A stretch of DNA of 64,000 nucleotides, taken from NCBI GenBank assembly GCA_963724295.1, contig CAVRUC010000010.1:96001-160000 (forward strand), written 5' to 3'. Below the pieces are notes generated by a model. It searched no databases. It was not told where the DNA came from and worked only from the letters and a program-made list of their open reading frames with translations. Both the position numbers and the translations under genes were made by a program. The DNA is from an uncultured Chloroflexia bacterium (GTDB lineage Bacteria; Chloroflexota; Chloroflexia; Thermomicrobiales; UBA6265). Position 1 is the stretch's first letter. Each line of letters starts with the position of its first letter. Below, one piece after another: positions 59,657 through 64,000 of this stretch.

Positions 59657-61030
59657 GTGACCAGAACTGAAATCGAGACGCAGCCCCAGACTGTCGCACC
59701 CGGCCACGCGCCCGAGGTTGGCCAGGCACTGAACGGATTCGATCCCTCCCAATTGCCCCCCGACATGGAACGGATCGACCTCAGCGACCCTGAGTATCGA
59801 GAGCACGCCTTCGAGCGCTATGAGGAGATGCGCGCCAGGTGCCCCGTGAGCCGGGCCATCATCACGAGCGGCCAGGAGAGGCGGGATCGCAGGCTATCTT
59901 CAATCGGCCACTCTGGATGGTCACCGACTACGAAGTCGGCTCGCGCGCCCTTCTCGACCGCGCCATCACCGTCGACATGGCATCGGTGCTGACACCGGAG
60001 CAACTGGGGCAGATGCCGGAGACGCCCCCGGAATTTCAACCGCTCGATGCGCAACATCCTTACCGTCGATCCACCCGAGCACACGCGCCTGCGCAAACTG
60101 GTGCAGCCCTCGTTCACCGCCAGCGCGATCGAGAAGCTGCGGCCGCGCATCCAGCAGATAACGGATGAGCTGCTCGCAGTGGCCGATGCCACGGCCGCCG
60201 AACGCGGCGAGAGCGCGCCCGACCGGCAGATGGAGCTGATCTCGCAATTCTCCTATCCCCTCCCGATCACCGTTATCTGCGAGATGCTCGGTATCCCGCC
60301 CGAAGATCGGGAGCAGACCCGGCGCTGGTCGGAAGATTTGCTCAGCGCGCAGTCCCCGGAGCGGATGGAGGAGATCGGGCGCAACATCGGCGAGTTCATC
60401 GCCTACCTGCGCGATCTCTTCGCTCGCAAGCGGGCAACCCCCGGTGATGACCTCATCTCGCAGCTCCTTCAGGTCGAAGTCGACGGCGATCGCCTGACCG
60501 AGGACGAGATCCTGGCGATGGTCTTCATTCTCTTCGTCGCCGGCCACATCACGACGGTGAATCTCATCGCCAATGGCCTCTTCGCGCTGCTCACCCACCC
60601 GGAGCAAACGGCCAAGCTGCGCGCCGATCCTGGCCTCACCACAAACGCCGTCGAGGAGATTCTTCGCTACTACGGTCCGGCCGAGACCACGACCCCGCGC
60701 TTCGCCCGTGAGGACGTGGAGCTGGGCGGGCAGGCGATAGCCAAGGGCGATCCGCTGCTGGTCGTCCTGGCAGCCGCCGACCGCGATCCCACACGGTTCG
60801 CCGACCCGCAATCGTTCGACATCACGCGCGACGATGCGAACCGGCATATCGCCTTCGGCAAAGGTGTCCACGCCTGCCTCGGCGCTCCGCTGGCCCGGCT
60901 GGAAGGACAGATCGCGCTGGAGACGCTCCTCCGCCGCTACCCGGACCTGCGGCTGGCCGTCCCCGCGAGCGAGATCACCTGGTCGCCGAGTTTTCTGAGG
61001 AGTCTGACCGGGCTGCCGCTGCTGTTCTGA
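59657..61030 (+). CDS. Cytochrome P450 with two compensating 1-nt frameshifts (about 59877 and 60045)
   Basis: Segments YEEMRARCPV / PLWMVTDY / ILTVDPPEHTRLR, AGHITT, EEILR, HIAFGKGVHACLG. Confidence 0.88.
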
Positions 61031-61112
61031 GGCAATCGGATCCCGCGTCCGGCGGCCACAGTTGCCGCGGCCGACGGCTCTCAATCAGCAATGGTGAGGC
61101 CCCGGAAAGGAG

Positions 61113-61379
61113 ATGCGAATGACCGACGATCCGCACGGTGTCCGTGATATCCCGGTGGGGACCCCGGTGGTGGGCTTCAATGGCGCCCTGCTCGGCAATG
61201 TGCGGGAGGTTCACCCGCACTACCTCCTGGTTGGACGAGAGGGCGAGCACACCGACCTCGAAGTGCCGGTCCACGCCATCCTCGGCTTCTCGGACGGGCA
61301 GCTTCAGGTCTCGGTCAACCAGGACTCGGTGACCGAGGTCGACGACGTCGAAACCGCGCACCGACTGGGCCAGGAATAG
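61113..61379 (+). CDS. Small PRC-barrel/DUF2171-like protein
   Basis: IPVGTPVVGFNGALLGNVREV..YLLV..DLEVPVHAI; AAGGAG RBS. Confidence 0.65.
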   Translation: MRMTDDPHGVRDIPVGTPVVGFNGALLGNVREVHPHYLLVGREGEHTDLEVPVHAILGFSDGQLQVSVNQDSVTEVDDVETAHRLGQE

Positions 61380-61394
61380 CGTCAGCACCGCCCG

Positions 61395-62414
61395 TCAGTC
61401 GTTGAGGCGAGGGTCGAGCGCGTCGCGGAGACCGTTGCCGACCAGGCTGATCGAGAGAACGGTGAGGAAGATCAGGAAACCCGGGATGAAGACGTTGGTC
61501 CACGACCGCGTGAAGTACTCCCGGGCGTTCTCGAGCATGTTGCCCCAGGAAGGTGTCGGAATCTGCACGCCGAAGCCGAGGAAACTCAAGGCCGCTTCGA
61601 GCAGGATCAGTCCCGGTAAGGTTAGCGAGAGGGATACGATCATCAGCGGGATGACGTTTGGCAGAATGTGCTGAAAGATGATCCGGGAATTCGATGCGCC
61701 GATGACCCGCGCGGCCTCGACGTAGTCCCGTGAGCGCAGTGACAGGACCTCGCCCCGGATCAAGCGGGCGGTGCCAGCCCAGCCGAGCGCGGCGATGAAC
61801 AGCGCCAGGACATATGGACCTGGTTTGTAGATGGTGAAGGCGAGGATCAGCAGGGGCAACCCTGGGACGCAGAGGAGAACGTCGACGATGCGCATCAGCA
61901 CCGCGTCGACGAAATGACCGAAGTAGCCTGACATCGCGCCGACCACGCCGCCGATCGCGATCAGGACCGCGGAAGCCAGGATGGCCACGGCGAGCGAGAT
62001 ACGCCCGCCATAGGCGGCCCGCACCAGAACATCACGGCCATTGGCGTCGGTGCCGAGAAGGTGGCCGGGGCTAAACGGCGCCAGGAACTGGTCGCGCAGC
62101 TCCCCCTGCCAGTAGCTGTGTCCCGTGAAGCCCGCGATCAGATCCGCGGAGAGCGCAAAGAGGACGATGAGGGCGAACCCGATGAGTCCGGCCATGCTGA
62201 CATGGTCGCGGCGGAGGCGTCGCCACGCGCGCCGATACGGTCCCGGAGTGGCGCGCAGCTGGGCACGATCCAACACCGACGATTCGTGCCCGAGAAGCGC
62301 CCGACCTGTCCCGTGCAATGACCGGTCAACGCCAACCACGCCTCCCCTGGCCCTTCCGGCGGCGACCGTCGGGCTCGCGTTCGTGTCGCGGGTGACGCTG
62401 TCGAGCGCGCTCAC
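61395..62414 (-). CDS. Peptide ABC transporter permease (DppC/OppC-like)
   Basis: HLLGTDANGRD, DYVEAARVIGAS, EAALSFLGFG, GLRDALDPR. Confidence 0.92.
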   Translation of the reverse strand: MSALDSVTRDTNASPTVAAGRARGGVVGVDRSLHGTGRALLGHESSVLDRAQLRATPGPYRRAWRRLRRDHVSMAGLIGFALIVLFALSADLIAGFTGHSYWQGELRDQFLAPFSPGHLLGTDANGRDVLVRAAYGGRISLAVAILASAVLIAIGGVVGAMSGYFGHFVDAVLMRIVDVLLCVPGLPLLILAFTIYKPGPYVLALFIAALGWAGTARLIRGEVLSLRSRDYVEAARVIGASNSRIIFQHILPNVIPLMIVSLSLTLPGLILLEAALSFLGFGVQIPTPSWGNMLENAREYFTRSWTNVFIPGFLIFLTVLSISLVGNGLRDALDPRLND

Positions 62415-63376
62415 CCGTACCGAATCCGCGGGTCAAGCGTCGCGTAGGCAATATCGGCCAGGAGGTTCGCCAGCAGCGTCAGGCAGGAGAACATCAGCAC
62501 GGTGCCAAGAATGAGGGTGTAGTCGCTCTTGCGGGCTGCCTCGACCGTCAGTCGACCGAGCCCCGGCCAGGCAAAAACCGTCTCGACGATAAACGCGCCG
62601 CCGACGATTCCGGGCAGAGAGAGGCTGACCAGCGTAACAAGCGGCAGCAGGGCATTGCGGAAGGCATGCCCGTAGATGATGGCGTTGCCGTGGAGCCCTT
62701 TGGCGTGCGCGGTCCGCACGAAATCTTGCCGGATCACCTCCAGCATCTGCGAGCGGATGTACCGGGTCCATCCCGCAATGTCACCAATACTGAGGGCGAC
62801 CACTGGCAGGATCAGGTGCTCGACTCGATCGAAGAACCCCCCGCCGCGCCGAGCATCAACCATCCCGCTAACTGGCAGCGATGGCAATCCCCACTCCCGA
62901 AATTGCGACGAGAAGAGGAGAATCAGCAGCAGCGCCAGCCAGAACGTCGGCATCGCGAATGCGGCGACCGACAAGACCGTCACGGTGTTGTCGAACCACG
63001 AGCCGCGTTTGGTCGCGGAGTAGATCCCGAGCGGAATCGACAGGAGGAACGAGAAGACGAGCGAGACCCCGGTCAGCAGGATCGTATTCGGCAGTACGGC
63101 GACAATGCGATCCTTGACCGGCGTCGCATTGCTGAGCGAAATGCCGAGATCCCCCCGAACGAGATTGCTGACCCATTTGGCATACCGCACCGGCACCGGC
63201 TCGTTGAGCCCCATGTTCTCGCGAATGCGCTCGATATCCGCCGGTCGAAAGCGCGGATTGCGCTCCAGATCGGCGACGGGATTGCCCTGCGCGTTGACGA
63301 TGACAAAGGTCAGGAAGGTAATGCCGAAGAGCATCGGGATCGTGATCAACAGCCGCCGCAGGATAAAGGCCAACAT
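62411..63376 (-). CDS. Peptide ABC transporter permease (DppB/OppB-like)
   Basis: GDLGIS, DFVRTAHAKGL, HAFRNALLP, ETVFAWPGLG, LDPRIRY. Confidence 0.92.
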   Translation of the reverse strand: MLAFILRRLLITIPMLFGITFLTFVIVNAQGNPVADLERNPRFRPADIERIRENMGLNEPVPVRYAKWVSNLVRGDLGISLSNATPVKDRIVAVLPNTILLTGVSLVFSFLLSIPLGIYSATKRGSWFDNTVTVLSVAAFAMPTFWLALLLILLFSSQFREWGLPSLPVSGMVDARRGGGFFDRVEHLILPVVALSIGDIAGWTRYIRSQMLEVIRQDFVRTAHAKGLHGNAIIYGHAFRNALLPLVTLVSLSLPGIVGGAFIVETVFAWPGLGRLTVEAARKSDYTLILGTVLMFSCLTLLANLLADIAYATLDPRIRYG

Positions 63377-63426
63377 GGGCTTGTCTCAGTAACGCCGGGC
63401 CAATAACGGACGGTGAATGTGCGGGT

Positions 63427-63455
63427 GCTCGCGTCCTCGTTGTGAGGACGCGAGC
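63427..63455. other. Intercistronic stem-loop between the binding-protein and permease genes
   Basis: GCTCGCGTCCTC-N5-GAGGACGCGAGC, 12-bp stem. Confidence 0.6.
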
Positions 63456-63480
63456 CGGACCATGACTGATTGGTTAGGGA

Positions 63481-64000
63481 CTAGGCCTCGATCCAGACGA
63501 AGGGAAGGCTCCAGTACGGGCCGCCAGTACCGGTCGGGAAGAAGTTGTGCAACCGCTCTGTGTAACCCGGCCGCTCGACGCCGAACCGGTAGATGAGCAC
63601 CGGCAAGTCGTTCCAGACGATATTGGACTGCTCGATCAGCAGCTCGCGCCGCTTCTCACGGTCGAGCTCTCGCAGTTGCTGGTCATCGAGCCGGTCAAAT
63701 TCTTCGTTGCAGTATTTGAGGTTATTGAAGCCACCCTCGTAGGAGTCACAACGGAAGAGTGCGCCCTGGTTACCGCTGGGATCCCATTGGAACCCCTGAA
63801 GGAGGGCCTGGAAGTCGTGGGTCGTGTCGGTGACGTCCTGCATCGCCGACCACTCCATGAGATTCGGCGTCATCTCCACGCCAATCTCCCGCCACCGCTG
63901 CTGGAGCTCCGCCAGCAGCTGATCGGTTACGGCGCCGCCCCCGCTGGGGAGCAGCAGCTCGAACCGAAAGTCCTGACCATCCTTTTCGACGATCCCATCG
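63481..64000 (-). CDS. Peptide ABC transporter substrate-binding protein (5' end outside window)
   Basis: DGIVEKDG..FELL, QQRWREIG, YCNEEFDRL, DLPVL (SBP family 5). Confidence 0.85.
   Translation of the reverse strand, partial: DGIVEKDGQDFRFELLLPSGGGAVTDQLLAELQQRWREIGVEMTPNLMEWSAMQDVTDTTHDFQALLQGFQWDPSGNQGALFRCDSYEGGFNNLKYCNEEFDRLDDQQLRELDREKRRELLIEQSNIVWNDLPVLIYRFGVERPGYTERLHNFFPTGTGGPYWSLPFVWIEA

Overview
High-GC bacterial chromosomal window, probably Chloroflexota (Thermomicrobiales-like; inferred from gene order, a sortase-type substrate and a Gram-positive-type SOS box). The left 30 kb is core housekeeping, almost all on the minus strand: hlyC/corC, tatC, acpP, nusB, accC, a de novo purine operon (purSL-Q-M-[C-F]-D-N-E), a homocysteine methyltransferase, fabG/D/H, rpmF, yceD, coaD, rsmD, recG and degV, then rpmB and rlmD on plus. 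The right half is mixed metabolic and accessory: pyrF, proline dehydrogenase, parA-guaB, a TetR locus, ion transporters, adenine deaminase, a P450 and a peptide ABC transporter. No rRNA, tRNA, CRISPR array or transposase was seen. Best leads: (1) a dispersed family of C-rich, terminator-ended intergenic elements that look like sibling small RNAs (21842-21950, 54195-54300, related locus 25383-25495); (2) an unknown winged-helix-like gene under a sigma-A promoter overlapped by a LexA-type box; (3) an in-frame PurC-PurF fusion whose PurF must be released by Ntn autoprocessing, with animal PAICS-like PurC and class II PurE; (4) a prokaryotic pentameric ligand-gated ion channel homolog beside KimA-like and Kef-like transporters; (5) a pseudo-PP2C transmembrane receptor-like protein. 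Five single-base indels (nusB, purD, ade, two in a P450) are most likely consensus errors, and one creates a false purD-purN fusion.
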